A DNA stretch of 64,000 nt from Microthyrium microscopicum. Its lineage: Eukaryota. Below are positions 14,153-27,684 of the stretch, piece after piece (positions within the stretch are counted from its first letter, which is position 1; every line of letters starts with the position of its first letter). A model generated the notes under the pieces. The model searched no databases and was not told where the DNA came from. It saw only the letters and a program-made list of their open reading frames with translations. A program made the translations under genes and the position numbers. The stretch spans positions 510,316-574,315 of the forward strand of contig MU004240.1 of NCBI GenBank assembly GCA_010405405.1. The letters run 5' to 3'.

Positions 14153-14861
14153 AGTAGCTATTAAAGAGAATAAGTATAAAAAGGTATAAAGTATACTAAG
14201 TAGATTTATAAGAAAGCTATTAATAAAATATTAGGACTATTAGCTAAGACTTATTCTTATACTACGACCCTATTTATAAAGGTTAGCTTTACTTAGTTAG
14301 CTAGGGTTTACTTAAGTATATACTTTAATTCTATAAAAGTAAGATAAAAAAGAATTAAAAGAAGTATATAATTATAAGATTAAATATACTTTATTTAATA
14401 CCTTCCTATTTAATTAGGTTAGTAAAGGGTAAATACTTACTTTATTAAGTACTTCCTATTAAGGAAAGCTTTAATATTAATCCTTATTATAAGTAAAGAT
14501 TCTAAGGAGGGAAGTTATCCTTAGTAGGTAATAACCTATAGATTAAGTAAGCTTAAGGTAATAGCCTAAGGAAACTTAAAAATACTTAAGTCCTTAATAG
14601 ACTTAGATAAACCTAAATAAGTACCTAATAGTAACATTTAGCTTTATAAATTATTATTTAAGAGGTACCCTTTTAAGTAACGTTTAAAACTAATAATAGG
14701 TTTACTAAGATTTATTAAGATTATTATCTAGCTAGCTAGATAGTAGCTAAGTAGTTTATACTATTATAATATAATATACCTTAAAATATATTAGTACTAT
14801 TAGAACGTAGTTAATCCTTTAGAGACCTATAAGGACGTTTAGGTCTTTATTAGGAGAATAA

Positions 14862-15221
14862 TATTAAGAATTAAACCTAATAAATTCTTTAAGATAGGCA
14901 TTATAGCCTAAGTACCTTAGCTTAATAGCTATTAGAAGCTAATAGAGCTACTTCTTTAGCTTTAATATATTCTATAGTTAAGAGAACTAATAGGTTCCTA
15001 ACTATTATAATTAGTAGTTAAGCGTACCTCTAAGGTACCTTAGCTTATAGATAGACTACTCTAGCTTAGAAAGAAACCTTAGAGGTTCTTAAGTAATAAG
15101 ATAGAGGCTAAGGAATCTCCTTATAGTTCCTTAGTAATTACTTCTATCCCTATTTCTATATACCTAATCTATTAAGTATCTTATAACCTTCTTACCTACT
15201 TTATAACCCTAATCTCTAATA
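14862..15221 (+). repeat. 3' LTR
   Basis: Copy of 6486-6845, preceded by a purine-rich PPT-like tract (aggagaataa). Confidence 0.95.
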
Positions 15222-16285
15222 GTACCTATATTAAATATATATTAATACTTTAAGTATACTATAAGTATTATTTAAATTCCTTATATATCTTATATTATTT
15301 AACTAGTATAAAGCGCTTTATTTTTCTATCTTAGCTATAAGTCTATAAATAAAGAAATTAAATAGGTATTTATTAAAGAAGATATTTTAAAGGAAAGAAA
15401 ACTTATTATAAAATATAGCTTAGTTACTCTTACTTTATATAAAGTAAGTTAGTTTTTATTTTTAGTAAGTTAAAAAAGTATTAATTAGAATAGCTAATAT
15501 AATCTAGGCTTATAATATTACTAAGTATATTAGCTTCTCTAAATTATATTTTTTTAGGTTCTTTACTTACTTAGCTAGTTTTTACTTTAATAAATTCTAA
15601 ATATTTAATCTATATTTTATTAATAAATATTAAAATAACCTTAATCTTTATAGTAACCTTTAGCTAATCTAAGATATTAAAATACGCTAAGACTTAATAA
15701 TAATAATAAAACTTTACTTTTAAATTATTAAAATATTTCTTATATACTTCCTTATTATTAAAGCTTATAAAGCTAAAAAAAAAAAGATTAGTAATAGGTA
15801 AGGATTCTTATACTATTTAATATAGAATAAGCTAATATTAAGTATTTAGTTTAGCTTATTACTTTATTTAACGCTATAACTTAAATTCTTAATAAATCTA
15901 AGGCTCTATCTATTTATAAAGTCCTCTTATACTTTTAAAAGCTTTTCTAATATATTAATAATAAGGAGGCTATTCTAAGTAAATATATACTAGTAGGTAC
16001 TTAACTATATTAGTAAAGTAGACTTTAGTCTAGTCTAAAAGAGGCTTAAAAGAAACTATAAGTATACTTTAACTTAATATAAACTAATATCTAACTATAG
16101 TATATTTATACTTTTAGTTAGTTATTATCTCCTTATATAATTAAGTCTACTTTTATTAACCCTTCTAGTAGTAGAAAGACTACCTTAATTTAAATAGTTT
16201 ATTTTAGTATAACGTAATAATTAAAAACTTTTATAAAGTTTAGCTTAAGAAGTATAGTAATTTAAATACTTAATCTAATAATATA

Positions 16286-16455
16286 NNNNNNNNNNNNNNN
16301 NNNNNNNNNNNNNNNNNNNNNNNNNNNNNNNNNNNNNNNNNNNNNNNNNNNNNNNNNNNNNNNNNNNNNNNNNNNNNNNNNNNNNNNNNNNNNNNNNNNN
16401 NNNNNNNNNNNNNNNNNNNNNNNNNNNNNNNNNNNNNNNNNNNNNNNNNNNNNNN
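16286..16455. other. Assembly gap (170 N)
   Basis: Run of N. Confidence 1.
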
Positions 16456-17516
16456 TTATACTATTATAAGATATACTTTATTAATATAATAATAATAAGT
16501 TTACTAAATTAATAGCTAATATTTTAGACTATTAAGGTAGTTCTAATAAGATTAAAGTAAAGGTTAGTATATATAAAAAATATATTAATATAATTATAAA
16601 ATAACTTATAAATACCTTACTTAATTATATTTATTTTAGTAATCTTAATACTCTATACTATTAGATATTTAATTATATAACTTATTATAAAGATTTAGAT
16701 AGATTACTTATTATTTTTAATAGAGAAGATAATTTAAATAATTTAAGTAAGGATAATAATATTTTAGATAAAAATATAGATAAGGTTAGTAAAGATAGTT
16801 TTAATAATAAAAATAATACTAGTTTTAGATTTATTAAAAAAAAAGAAAACCTTAAAGGTACTAATACTAGTAAATCTATAGGCTTAGAGACTTCTTCTAG
16901 ATTCTATAATATAGATTTAGATAGTAGTAAGAATAATAATAAGGCAAAAGATAGTAATATATAAGACTCTTTTTATAAATAACTACTTAAAGATATTAGT
17001 AAGCTTTTACTTATAATAGTTACTAGTAAAAGAGTTTATAAACTAATATTTAAGTCTACTTTCTAGTAGAAATTAAAAAATAAGTAAAAGTAACTACTAA
17101 TAAGTATAGTCTTTAGTAAAGCTAGTAAGAAGAAGAAGGTTTAAATTAATTATTAGGATTTTAATAGTAGTAGCTAGTTAATATATAATTTAATTTATAT
17201 ACTATATTAAATATTCTAATTAATACTTTTCTAACTTTTTAATTTATATACTAGATTATTCTTATCTACTTAGCTTTTATTAACTATATTAAGTATAGTA
17301 ATTCTTTCTTTATAACCTAAATAGGTTATATATTAAATAAACCTTACCTAATAAGTTTTTAATTTAGGTCTTTTAGGTTCCTTAAGTCTAATCTATAATA
17401 ATTTTATCTTACTTAGGTTAAGTATAGGTTTTATAATATATTTTTAAAACTTAACCTAATGCTAAGAACTTATATATATTAAGTTAACCCTAATAGGTTA
17501 CCTAACCTATGCCCTA
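16456..17516 (+). mobile_element. Probable 3' end of a RIP-mutated hAT-like DNA transposon
   Basis: The terminus reads tagggcataggttagg on the minus strand (CAGGG-type end after de-RIP). Many subterminal aacct/aggtt motifs occur in both orientations at 17310-17516. Upstream is an acidic, KKKK-ending coding-like remnant. The partner end was not found. Confidence 0.4.
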
Positions 17517-18433
17517 GCATAGTTATTACTTAGCACGTTTACAAAAGATAGTAGAGTATAAACCGTTGTTACAGAGCAAACGTCAAGCTTACATAACCGT
17601 ATAATAACCGCTAGCTAACCGTTCTCTGGGCCCAGAGACCGCCGCAAATGGTGAAGAGATCAGCCTGCCAGGCATCCATTTGGAAAAGCCAGATTACACT
17701 CTACATTCAAGTCTCAATGAAGTTGACACGAAGCTAAAAAATGACTCTGATTATCCGCAAGACTAAATCAGCTCGCTTCAATTGATTAGACTGTCTTTTG
17801 TGTTTAAAAAACTGTTAGTCCCTTTCAGGGGCATTGTTTACAAGTTTTGCGTGGTATCACCTCCACGGGTTTAAGTGTCTAGTAAACCGTGGATAAGATG
17901 CGCGGTCCGAAGTTTACAGCCGGATTTTAGAATTATAGCTCATTTTGTTGGCTCGTGGTCAGGTCATGCAGTGATAACCAAATGTGGACGCGCTTATCCC
18001 ACCTGATGGCCTGTAAGTTGCAATCTTATCACTCCTGCATGATGATGCTCAAATCTGCTTGGCTTGAGGCTGGGACTAGTATGGTTGGTACAATCAGAAT
18101 TTAAACGAATATGCAGTAGTGCCATAATCAAGATTGGCGATTCGACCGTTGCGAAGTGAGGCTGAAAGGCTGAAACTACATTGCGCAGCGGACGGAGTAG
18201 AGCGATAGGGTAGTTGCAACTTCCTCGTGAGGGGCGGTCAAAATGCTTGTTAATTGCTTATTGGGATATTTTGGTATTGATTTTTTCTTTGAGTTGAGCG
18301 CTATAATACATTGTACATCCGCGCTGAAAGTTTCTTTGCGACTACAAGCAATTTGAAAACCTCCTCGCCAATTTCGAAGATATGACATATAATTGCTAGG
18401 TGAACTGCAAACTCTAAGCTATTAACCGCTTCC

Positions 18434-20229
18434 ATGCTTACTCTCGAAGCCACTAAGCTGGTCATCACTGCTTCAACTCTTAGTTTACTCTATGTCTTCA
18501 CTTTGGTGGTCTACCGTCTCTACTTTCATCCTCTTTGCAAGTTTCCAGGTCCAAAACTCGCCGCAGCTACACAATTCTACGAGCTCTACTATGATATAAT
18601 AGGCAAAGGCGGAATGTTCATATGGGAAATCGAGCGCATGCATGAGATATACGGTACTACGACTAATTGAATTCAGGGCACAGTCACTGAGTAACTGCAG
18701 GCCCAATTGTGCGTATCAACCCGGATGAACTTCATGTAAAGGATCCCGATTTCTACGACGACATATACGCAGGTGGAAACAAGAAGCGAGACAAGTATGC
18801 TGCTTGGGTACACATGGCTGGCGCCGCCGAGTCTGCATTTTCCACCGTTGACCATGATGTCCATCGCCTAAGGCGCGTTGCCTTGAACCCGTTTTTCTCA
18901 AAACGTTCGGTCTTTCGCCTAGAGCCTCGAATTCAAGATAAAGTTGATAAACTTTGCAATCGATTGGAAAGTTTTGCCAACACAGACCGTGTCCTGGAAC
19001 TGGACATCGCATACGCAGCTTTGACACTAGATGTTATTACAGAATATGCGTACGGTTCGTCGTACAATTACCTTGACGATCCGGATTTCAAGCCAGAATG
19101 GAAAGAGTGCATGAACACAGTCTTTGAGCAGGCGGCTTTCAGGCGCGCTACACCTTGGATGACACGTATTGTACAAACCTTTCCTGACGAATTCATTCTG
19201 AAGATGATGCCGGCGTTAGCGGTTCTCATCAAATGGCAACAAGACATCAAAACACAAGTCAAGTCAATTCTAGACGCAAAGCAAGAGACTTCAGATGACG
19301 CCGATAATCCCAATACCATCTTCCACGCGCTGCGAGACAGCGATTCACTTCCAATCGAAGAGAAAAGTTTCAAGCGTCTTACAGATGAGGCAGAGATTCT
19401 TGTCGCAGCAGGAAGTGAGACCACTGCTAGAACTCTTTCGTATACAAGCTTCTATCTGATCAACACTTCGAGCGTGCTGGATCGACTGAGGGCTGAGCTG
19501 AGAATAATCATGCCTGACAAAACCTCAAAGCCAACATGGAGCAAGTTGGAGCAATCGGAGTATCTGGTAAGTTCCAAAATGAGTCGGCATCACGAATGAC
19601 TCCCATCAAAGGCGGTGGAAGCCCTGATGGTGGACATAAAAGGCAATTTTCATTGCCTCGACCCTATCGTCGTGAAATGTTTGCTGACTTGGCCAGTGTG
19701 CAGTTGTGTCAGAAGGTCTTCGGATATCTTGCGGGATAACAACTCGATTGCCCCGTCTCGCGAGGGAAAGCATAATTTACAAGGACTGGGTTGTTCCTCC
19801 AGGCGTACGTATTTGATTCTTCATTCGAATGGGTTTACTCACACGCTGTATCATAGACTCCAATCAGTCAGACCACGTACTTCATCTCTATGGATCCAGA
19901 GATCTTTCCAGAACCAGAGAAGTTCAAACCTGAGCGCTGGCTTAACAAGGAAAAGCGCCTGGATCGATATTTGACATCTTTCAGTAAAGGAAGTAGAGGC
20001 TGCGTGGGAATCAAGTGCGTGCTACGTCCATGACATTGATGAGTCTGCTGACAGCTATAGTTTGGCCTATGCGGAATTATTCCTGACAATCGCCTATGTA
20101 TTTCGGCACTTTGATTTCGAGCTCTGGGAGACCACAATCGAAGATGTCAAGATTGACCGAGATTTGTTCGTTCCCGCTTCAAAACCTGGCTCGAAGGGAG
20201 TGCGGTTGTTGGTCAAATCTGTGGACTAA
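18434..20229 (+). CDS. Cytochrome P450, trichodiene-oxygenase (CYP58 clan)-like; 5 exons
   Basis: N-terminal TM plus [29 protein letters not shown] (I-helix); EGLR; FKPERW; heme motif [12 protein letters not shown]. Exons 18434-18652, 18701-19566, 19704-~19804, 19857-20014, 20061-20229. Confidence 0.92.
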
Positions 20230-20317
20230 TGTTCTATCCTCAAGATCGCGTTGCTAGATTAGGCTCTTGGGGCAATAATACGTTGAAAGCTGGGTAATAT
20301 TAATACATGGTTTGGTT

Positions 20318-21273
20318 TTATGCTCTGCTTGTACGTTCGGAGTAAAAGAGCCCAGATGGTTCCAAGATGACTCGTCTCGCGACCTGTACAGCAGCAGGTT
20401 CTCCTCTCTCAAGGGCAATCGCCCCTATTATAGCATATAGACTTTGAGTGACTACTGGAACGTATCCAGACTTGTATAAATCTTCAGACTGCAAGGACGT
20501 TAGAGATGTTCACGCGGAATATTGAATTTAAACTGACCACTCGTGGTTTCCAGCGAACGACCTCGCCAATGCCCAACTTGACTGCCGCGCGGAAAAGTCT
20601 ATCGGATTTTAATGTTTCCTTCTTCATTCTCTCCGTCAATCCCTCGACGCCTCCTAAATGCGGATCTTTGAAGGGTTGCCGTAAGGGGTCCGACTCTATA
20701 TCGCCTTTCCTGGAAGACGCGGAGAGTTTCTCTAGCGGGTTGGGCGAATTCATGAGACCTATCGAGCACTGCAACTCCACAATCCTTTTCCCTATTTGAT
20801 CATTAGTATATTGCAGACTGCAATGTGTCACACGACAATATACCAAAATAGCTTAAACGATCATTGAATCCCCGTCGTCCCTGGTCGAAACTTTTATGTG
20901 TGACTGCCAGCCATCTCGTCTCTTCTGTGAGTGACCTCCACCCTCCTTTCCCTAGTAGCTTATCGTACACTTTGTTGAGGACTTCTGGATCTTCGTTGAC
21001 AGGATGTGGGCGTTGGTTTGCAGGTATACGGACTTGGAATGGCATCTTCATCTGACGAGGGGTTTGGCGCCATCGCGGGACTTCATGGGAGTCTGTGGAA
21101 GTCTCTAGGGGTAGTGATATTTGTACTTGTGATGATAGGGAACTGGAAAACTGTCTCAGAGTATTGTTGGATCTGGAAAGAGCTGCGCAATGGCGTTTGG
21201 AGGCGATGCGACTGGACGAGTAGAGTAGGGAGGTAGGATGGGAGAGCCGTTGAACGGCGGTCTTGGGATCCAT
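20318..21273 (-). CDS. MRPL15: Mitochondrial large ribosomal subunit protein mL57/MrpL15 (RNase III-like domain); 3 exons
   Basis: Motifs WLAVTHKSFDQGRRGFNDRLSYFGKRIV, VVRWKPR and a last exon SLYAIIGAIALERG that the ORF track misses. Introns at 20843-20792 and ~20537-20489. Confidence 0.88.
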
Positions 21274-21972
21274 TATGAATTCATTGAGAAGAGTCAAAGA
21301 ATTGCTAAGCCGAGTAAGGGTGGAGTAGTGTCAGATGAAGGCTACACAAGTATTGATGCGATGTAGTTTGGTGATGATGATATTGTCTTCAACTTTTTTT
21401 CAGACTGTCCATATATCAAAGGCCCGTGCACCATGACCATTGGTCGAGCCACGATGCTCCATTTTCACTTCCTTCCTCTTTCGGACGTATTTACTCCCAA
21501 TGCGCAACAAATTTTGAGATTTCCAGAACCTAAGTATGCTGCACGACTTTTTGTTGCTGGTAATGCTCGAAATATATTGAGGAAGGAATCTGGATGTATC
21601 GCCAAAGTTGGGCAACAAAATTGTTGAACAAGCAACATAACTCACACTATCATCAACACTACTGGCTACTACGGACCTTGTAATATAAGCTAACTTACCT
21701 GTACAATGTTCACCACCGTATTAGACGGTAGGTATCATAGTCACCAAGACTGCAGAACCCAATGTTTTTCTCTGTTGTATCCAAGACTTTATGAGTACAA
21801 CTCAAATCACTAGAGTATTGGTAAGTAGTCACAGCCAAAAGCCTGAAGGAATCAGGGGAGCATCTCAATTCAGATATTACAGCTACCACTACTTGTGGGC
21901 CTCTACCGAAGGGTATATTGAATCAAACATTAAGCTAATGATCGCTAACAATGCACTCAGACAACATGACGC

Positions 21973-24704
21973 TTAGAACATCACAACAGCAAAGATAGTC
22001 GTAATCATCATGGACCAACCCAGCCCACCAGACATAGACTTGGAAGCACCGTTTGTCTTGTCGCTGGCTGGTGCTTTTGTGCCTGGCTTAGAGCCGCCAT
22101 CAACACAGGTAAAATTTCCACTGGCCACCTTTGACCATGTTGAAGTCACATGGTTGATATCGTCCGCGGTATAAAACAGTCGACAGTCAGCAGATTTGGT
22201 TCGAAATTGTAACGGCACGTCCGAATCGCCGAGGAGATTATCCTTAAAGTTCAATTGTGCATCGCCAGTCCAGATGTTCATCTGAGGAGTGTTCAAAAGG
22301 GCCTTGAGAGCGTTGAGTTGATCACGATTCAAGTACGCGGCTCCTTTTTGATAGAGGGAGGCGACAACATTGGCAACGTTCAGGAGGTTAGAAAGGGTTT
22401 CCACTTGAGAACCCTGCGTGCCTCCAATGACATTCATTTTGTTTTTATTGGGCTGTCCGCCAAATGAAACAGTTGAAACATTGCCTTCATTTATAAGCAA
22501 GTTGGATAGGAGACCGCAGCTTGAAGAGCAGGCACCATCAGTTATCAAAGTGATGTTCTTCGAATCAAAAGCCTGGGGTAGAAGATTAGTGTTGTTTCCA
22601 TATCCACTGATGACAATGGAGCCAGTGGCGAGGTCGTAGGCCATGCTTTTCAAATCCGGGGCGAAGAAATTGGTATAATTGTCTCCATTCATGACCTGTG
22701 GCCCGTAGAAATCTCTCCAGCTGCTATAAGGATTACCGTCAGTTGATTTTAGGTTGTTGGCTGCATTAAACACAGAAGCATCGGCTGCCTCCAAAATCAG
22801 TGTTTGTTCAGGGGCATCGTCGCCAAGGTTAGTGATCTCATTGATGTCATCCATGGTCAGGGCGTCCAGTGTTGAAAGAACAGTACCGTAAGCATCCATT
22901 GCTGGGTGAGCACGTAGACGATGACGAGAATATGCTGGCTGATTGGGAAACAGCTGCTTAAACGTGTCATAAGCGGTACTGATAACACCGCCCGGATTAC
23001 CTCGGACGTCGATGAGGAGCTTTTTCTTACCGCTATCTCTACATGCTTGCAGGAATTTAGAGACAGTGGCTTGGAAAGGAATGTCGGCACCAGCCGCTTC
23101 GCCTGTGAATTGGAAGATATCCAAAACCGCAGTGTCTGGCTTATCAGTGAGAAAATAACCGGCCACGGAGAAGTCAGTGGAGATTGCAACCGGTGATGGA
23201 AATCCTAAAGCACTGAGAAGTGATAGTGTTGCCGAAGCAGATGCACCTTCACTGCTGGTAGCTGTAGCTGTTGGAATCAGGCTTTTTGATAATGGAATGC
23301 TTGAGGTTAGAGGCGGTGAGGTTGCGTCGAGTGCTGGGTTTGCTTTGCGTGGGCTTGCATGCCGTTTCTTGAGTTTGGAAGATGTTGTTGGGCTTCCAAT
23401 CAGATAAGCTTTGTAAATATCCTTGCCACTGGTGATACCTGTGAGGTCAATGTTTGCAGCAGCCTTGTTTGGTAAAGTTGTCGAAGAGCCATTGGCAAAA
23501 GTATACGTCGAGTTGTCGTTGTAGTAATTTAAAGTCTTGATGGCGAAAGAACCGAATGCAGATGAAATAAATGTGGCCGGGTTGTAAAACAGCGAGTTAT
23601 AAAGCGCATCCTTGTCTTGGAGACCTTGCATTTATTAGTATAATCATAAGGCATCAGATCCGAATGTGCATGGTAGAATCCCATAAGTTGCTATGGCCGC
23701 CATCGAGTGCTATGACAGCCATCGAATGCGACCATATTATCTGGCAAAGTCGATTTGAAGCCATCAATCGTATTGCTTATCATGGCGATCTCATCAACAG
23801 TACGTGAAATGTGTTGGTAGGTATGGGAAAACTTACCATCTGGTATAGTCATCAAGAAATCGACAACATCCTGGCTGTCAATCTTCGTAATGGGTGAAGG
23901 CGCGAAACCAGTTGAGTTGATATCGCTTCTAAAGAAGACTTGTGGAACGTCGTTACCATTAGGCGAAATGGAAACAAGTGGTTGCCGTTCGATCAGAAAA
24001 GAACCAATCAGGTATGGAACAACAGACAAATGTCCATCGAAACTCTTTTGTATCAAATTGAAAACGTCCATTTCCATCGTAAACTCTCTGGAGTAAAAGT
24101 TGGCCTTGATTTTGGTAAGAATATCATTGAGGCCTCCAATGATGTCAACAGCAGGCATCGGATATCCAGAAGGAGGAGACTTGAGATATCCTAAAGTCGA
24201 TTGAAATTGCATGAACGTTATGATGTATTGTACCAATTCCGCGGCATCAGCATTGACTAGAATTTGTTAGTATAAACATACGATCGTAGTCAACACCACG
24301 GTAAAATCAAGGTCTTTTTTGGTGGTTCAACCATAGAGCACCCATGGCATCGCGAGCGATCCATAGCACTTAGCTAAGAACGCATCACCTAGTAACCATT
24401 GAGTGCAATGGGGTATACGATTGTTGTCGCTGGAAAGGATGTAGCTTAGAACTGTGATTTGGCACGGGGGAATCTTACCAATTGGTACATCCTGAAGGCA
24501 TGCTAACACCTGTGACGGCTTAAGAATCTTCTTCTTAGTCTTTTGAGCAGCAGCATCAGCCGCGATAATTGCGCAAGGGTTGCTCGAGGAGCCAGAGACT
24601 GCAATGGAAGTCGTGGTCGCTGCTGTTGTCGTCGTTGCTGGTAATGCTATTACACCAGAAAGGCAGGCGCCAACAAGGCCTAGGAAGCTAATTGTGTTCT
24701 TCAT
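21973..24704 (-). CDS. Secreted S41-family peptidase with GPI-like C-terminal signal; 3 exons
   Basis: Signal peptide; FQSTLGYLK, DGHL, LLIDVRGNPGG, ITDGACSSSC and SFGGQP motifs; hydrophobic C-terminus. Introns at 24478-24257 and 23836-23625 keep the frame. Confidence 0.88.
23625..23836 (-). mobile_element. Introner-like intron (212 nt), S41 gene intron 2
   Basis: Donor gtaagttttccc; tandem 19-bp cores gatggctgtcatagcactc / gatggcggccatagcaact; branch region tatactaat; AAG acceptor. Confidence 0.5.
24257..24478 (-). mobile_element. Introner-like intron (222 nt), S41 gene intron 1
   Basis: Aligns end to end with the intron at 62873-63092 in an unrelated gene. Confidence 0.8.
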
Positions 24705-26011
24705 GATCGTGAAAATGGCTTTTTAACAGACACAACCCACGTTTTGCGATCGACCAAGAGCAAAGATTCCCATCCAAAGTGTGAAAAGGTTCCAGACAAA
24801 TATCCGCCTCGACGAAAGCCCAAGCCGTTGTCTTATACTGAACCCAATCCATCGTGATTTTGGTGGAGGCCAAGAAGAAAAAACGCCACACTTACTTGCA
24901 GCAGTTGCTGCGGTTTGTTGACTGCTTTAGAAGCCCCCAAAGGGAAAGAAATAAGCCGCCATCTAGGCCTCTTTCCTTTTTCGCGTAACAATGCTGGGAA
25001 TTTGAGCAGCCAAAGGATTACGACCTGGCCGATGGCCCCTGAGCGCTTGGGAGAGCGAATAATGTCTCCATCATACATTGTGGCATGAAACAAACAACAG
25101 GAGGTGGAAGATGAAGGTTAAAGCGAAAGCTGCGCCTACCAGTACCTGATCAGATCTAGCCAGAAGTAGCTAGCTCTCGAATAAAAATAAACCACGCGAT
25201 GCTTCGTCGAATTCAAGATTTGAAGCTACAGCAGGCCAAGCTTGCCAAGCGTGGCCCCCAAGCAAGCGAGCCACAATTGTGTTTCTTTCGTTGGCCGAAA
25301 ACGCGCCATAGACTCGACGTCCTGCAAAACTATTCGGCTTCAGTGACAACCTTGGAAGCGTAACATCAGAAACTTCAGATACCAATATAAGATGGATGTG
25401 CTGGGCTTTGGGAGCATGACGGTGTGTTCAAACTTCAAATCTATGCACGGATTCTCAATCGGCAACGAGTTGAAAAGTGAGAACACACTACTATTTAATG
25501 GTCCAGCAGTCCAACAGAATTTAGTCTGCGATGACTACAATTCATTGATTCAGAGCGGACCCAATCGACTCATCGAGGCAGCGAGGCAGCGAGGCCGTAA
25601 GCAAACGCGCTTACACAAACTTTCAAAGTGCTTAGTGGCTTGACACATGTGCAGGTTCATTTCAGCTTCTTTACCGTACCCTGGCTTTGCCTGGAAATGA
25701 AGGCTTAATCCTCAGGATTCTTTAAAGTGAGGTATCCTCACCCCCATTCAGACCATCAATGCTCGGTAACACCAATCATTGACGAGATCAATGGCACTCC
25801 CATGAGTTCCACCAACGGGGCTGGCTATCTCCAAGCTTTTGTATAGAACATGCCATATCACCCATCAAATGCGATAATCATGGACATCTCTACGCCCGTC
25901 ATGGCTGAGATAGATTCTTGAGTATCAGCGAGAGAAGCAGAAGAACTTTCACATACTGATCTACCTCTCTATACTGAGAATTTTACTTCATTCCTCGGCT
26001 TGCTGAACATT

Positions 26012-26750
26012 TTAGAGTTTTGCGTTTCCCATAAGGACATCCTTTAGCAGTTTCAACGCTTCTCCTGCAAAGAGGAGCATATTCTCAGCCCGGTCACTAG
26101 ACCCAGTGTTCAATTCTCTTCCGTAGGTTCCCTCCTCACTTGCCACGGCAAGTGCGACAAAGCCCCTACATCAGCAAAAGTATGTTAGTATTGCTTGCAA
26201 TCAAGCTCTCATGCTCAAAAAATTGACGTACGGTTGTCTGTTAGGAGAACTTCCGATCCCAGTGGGTCCAGCGTAGCCACTCTCCCCCAAAGTGTAGCTT
26301 GACTTCATCTGGGCTCTAACATGTTTGGCCATCTGGCCAACGTTGTCTTTTGTTGGGCCTTTGTACGTTGCGACATCTGCCTCCGTCCAGCCGCTATAGG
26401 CGATCCGAGATTGAAGGCTATACAGCTATGCTGGTATGTCAGATGTCTACCGAACTTTAAAGCTGAATGCTAACTACCAAGGATTACATACAGTAAGACC
26501 TCCGCGATGATAGGCGCTCGCACCTGTAATGGCTAGCAAAGATGCGGAAATGATACCTCCCGCAGCCTGGAAAAGACATGTCAGCATCATAGTGAAGTAT
26601 TGAGACTATGAACAACTTAGGTAGAGTGGGACCAGAACGTACGCTCTCAACAACTGATACAGTAGCACCCTTTTCTTTGAGCAGCTTTGCTACGTCCTCT
26701 GCAAGTCGTTGAAGCGGAACTGAAAGAAATGTTTTCGATGTTGTGTCCAT
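26012..26750 (-). CDS. CinA C-terminal/PncC-like protein; 4 exons
   Basis: TVSVVES|AAGGIISASLLAITGASAY..GG, GESGYAGPTG, GFVALAVA and DRAENMLLFAGEAL, joined across GT-AG introns. Confidence 0.85.
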
Positions 26751-27043
26751 GGTTATATTAGGTAAGTCGCTGTATCACCAGAGTCAATCGTTGAACATTC
26801 AAATTGTCCTGGTAATGACCATAAACATAGTGCATACAGCGTCTCTGTTCCCCCAAGCAAGAAACCCAAGCTGTCGGACTATTTTCGCCCCTCAAGTGCA
26901 GGTGGATATGATGGTTGTCGAGAACCGGAGCTAGCGGAAGCTGTGCCTGCCTGATAGACAATTTGAACTGACGAGGAAGCATGTCCCGACCCTTTGATTT
27001 GTCAGCCCTGAGACAACCACACATCATTATACTGTCTTACCTA

Positions 27044-27684
27044 CCATAGCGTGGGAGGGGGGGTAGAGCAAATGATGTTGAATAGTTTCAAGATAGACAT
27101 TTTGGTAACATGAAGTTCAAAATAGTGGCTTAGGAGGCTAGAATGTCTCGAATTAAGATTATTTTTTAACGATGTCTAGCTAGAAGGTGTCTTAGTAGCT
27201 AGGAAGGATCACGATAGGAGATAAAGAAGGAGCAAAAGTCATTATAGGTAGGAATAAGCAAGGGAAGCTTTGGATAGTCTATATATACCAAAAGTGCATA
27301 TTTGCATAATTAGTATTCGTAAACCTAGTAGAACTTTGACTGCTAAATCTTGCTCATAAATAGAATACGAGCCTAACCTAATTCGTAGAGTAAATTACCG
27401 TAATATAAAAAATCCTAGAATGAAGTTTGTTGTCCTTATTTCTACTAAGTAAATTATAACTTAATGCTCTGAAAATTGCCTAAATAGGCTGTTTTTTTTT
27501 AATATCTTATAAAGCTATGACATTATCTTGACATGATTTTTTATAAAAATCCTATTAACTCTTAGTCATAATATCAGAATCTGGTATGAATTCCTTAGGG
27601 GATACAGTGGAGAGAACCCTTTTATAAAATAGTAGAGATATAATAGTAGACATTATTTGCTCTACCCCCCGTTACACGCTATAG
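27044..27684. mobile_element. 641-bp MITE / non-autonomous Tc1-mariner-type element
   Basis: 35-bp terminal inverted repeats (27044-27078 vs 27650-27684; 30/35 matches). TA flanks both sides. The interior is AT-rich and non-coding. Confidence 0.8.

Larger units (their letters stand above)
6486..15221 (+). mobile_element. Full-length Ty3/Gypsy (chromovirus) LTR retrotransposon, RIP-inactivated
   Basis: 360-bp LTR pair with 5-bp TSD gtact (6481-6485) / gtacc (15222-15226). Gag CCHC at ~8035, ggaaaaagactaa frameshift-like site at ~8103, RT YLDD remnant at ~9335, RNase H ETDASG at ~9822, integrase DFITDL at ~10713, chromodomain (YEVEDI...VKW...WEP) at ~11598-11710. Confidence 0.95.
1..17550. other. 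AT-rich, RIP-mutated transposon block (heterochromatin-like)
   Basis: Extreme AT richness with TpA excess and CpA/TpG depletion. TE reading frames are full of TAA/TAG stops. In the LTR stretch compared by eye the differences are C/T and G/A transitions. Composition switches abruptly to normal at ~17550. Confidence 0.95.

Noticed and set aside
6316..14189. ORF-track entries at 6316-6525, 12841-13062 and 13941-14189
   Set aside because: Stop-free stretches in RIP-degraded DNA; 13941-14189 is the antisense shadow of the minus-strand accessory gene.
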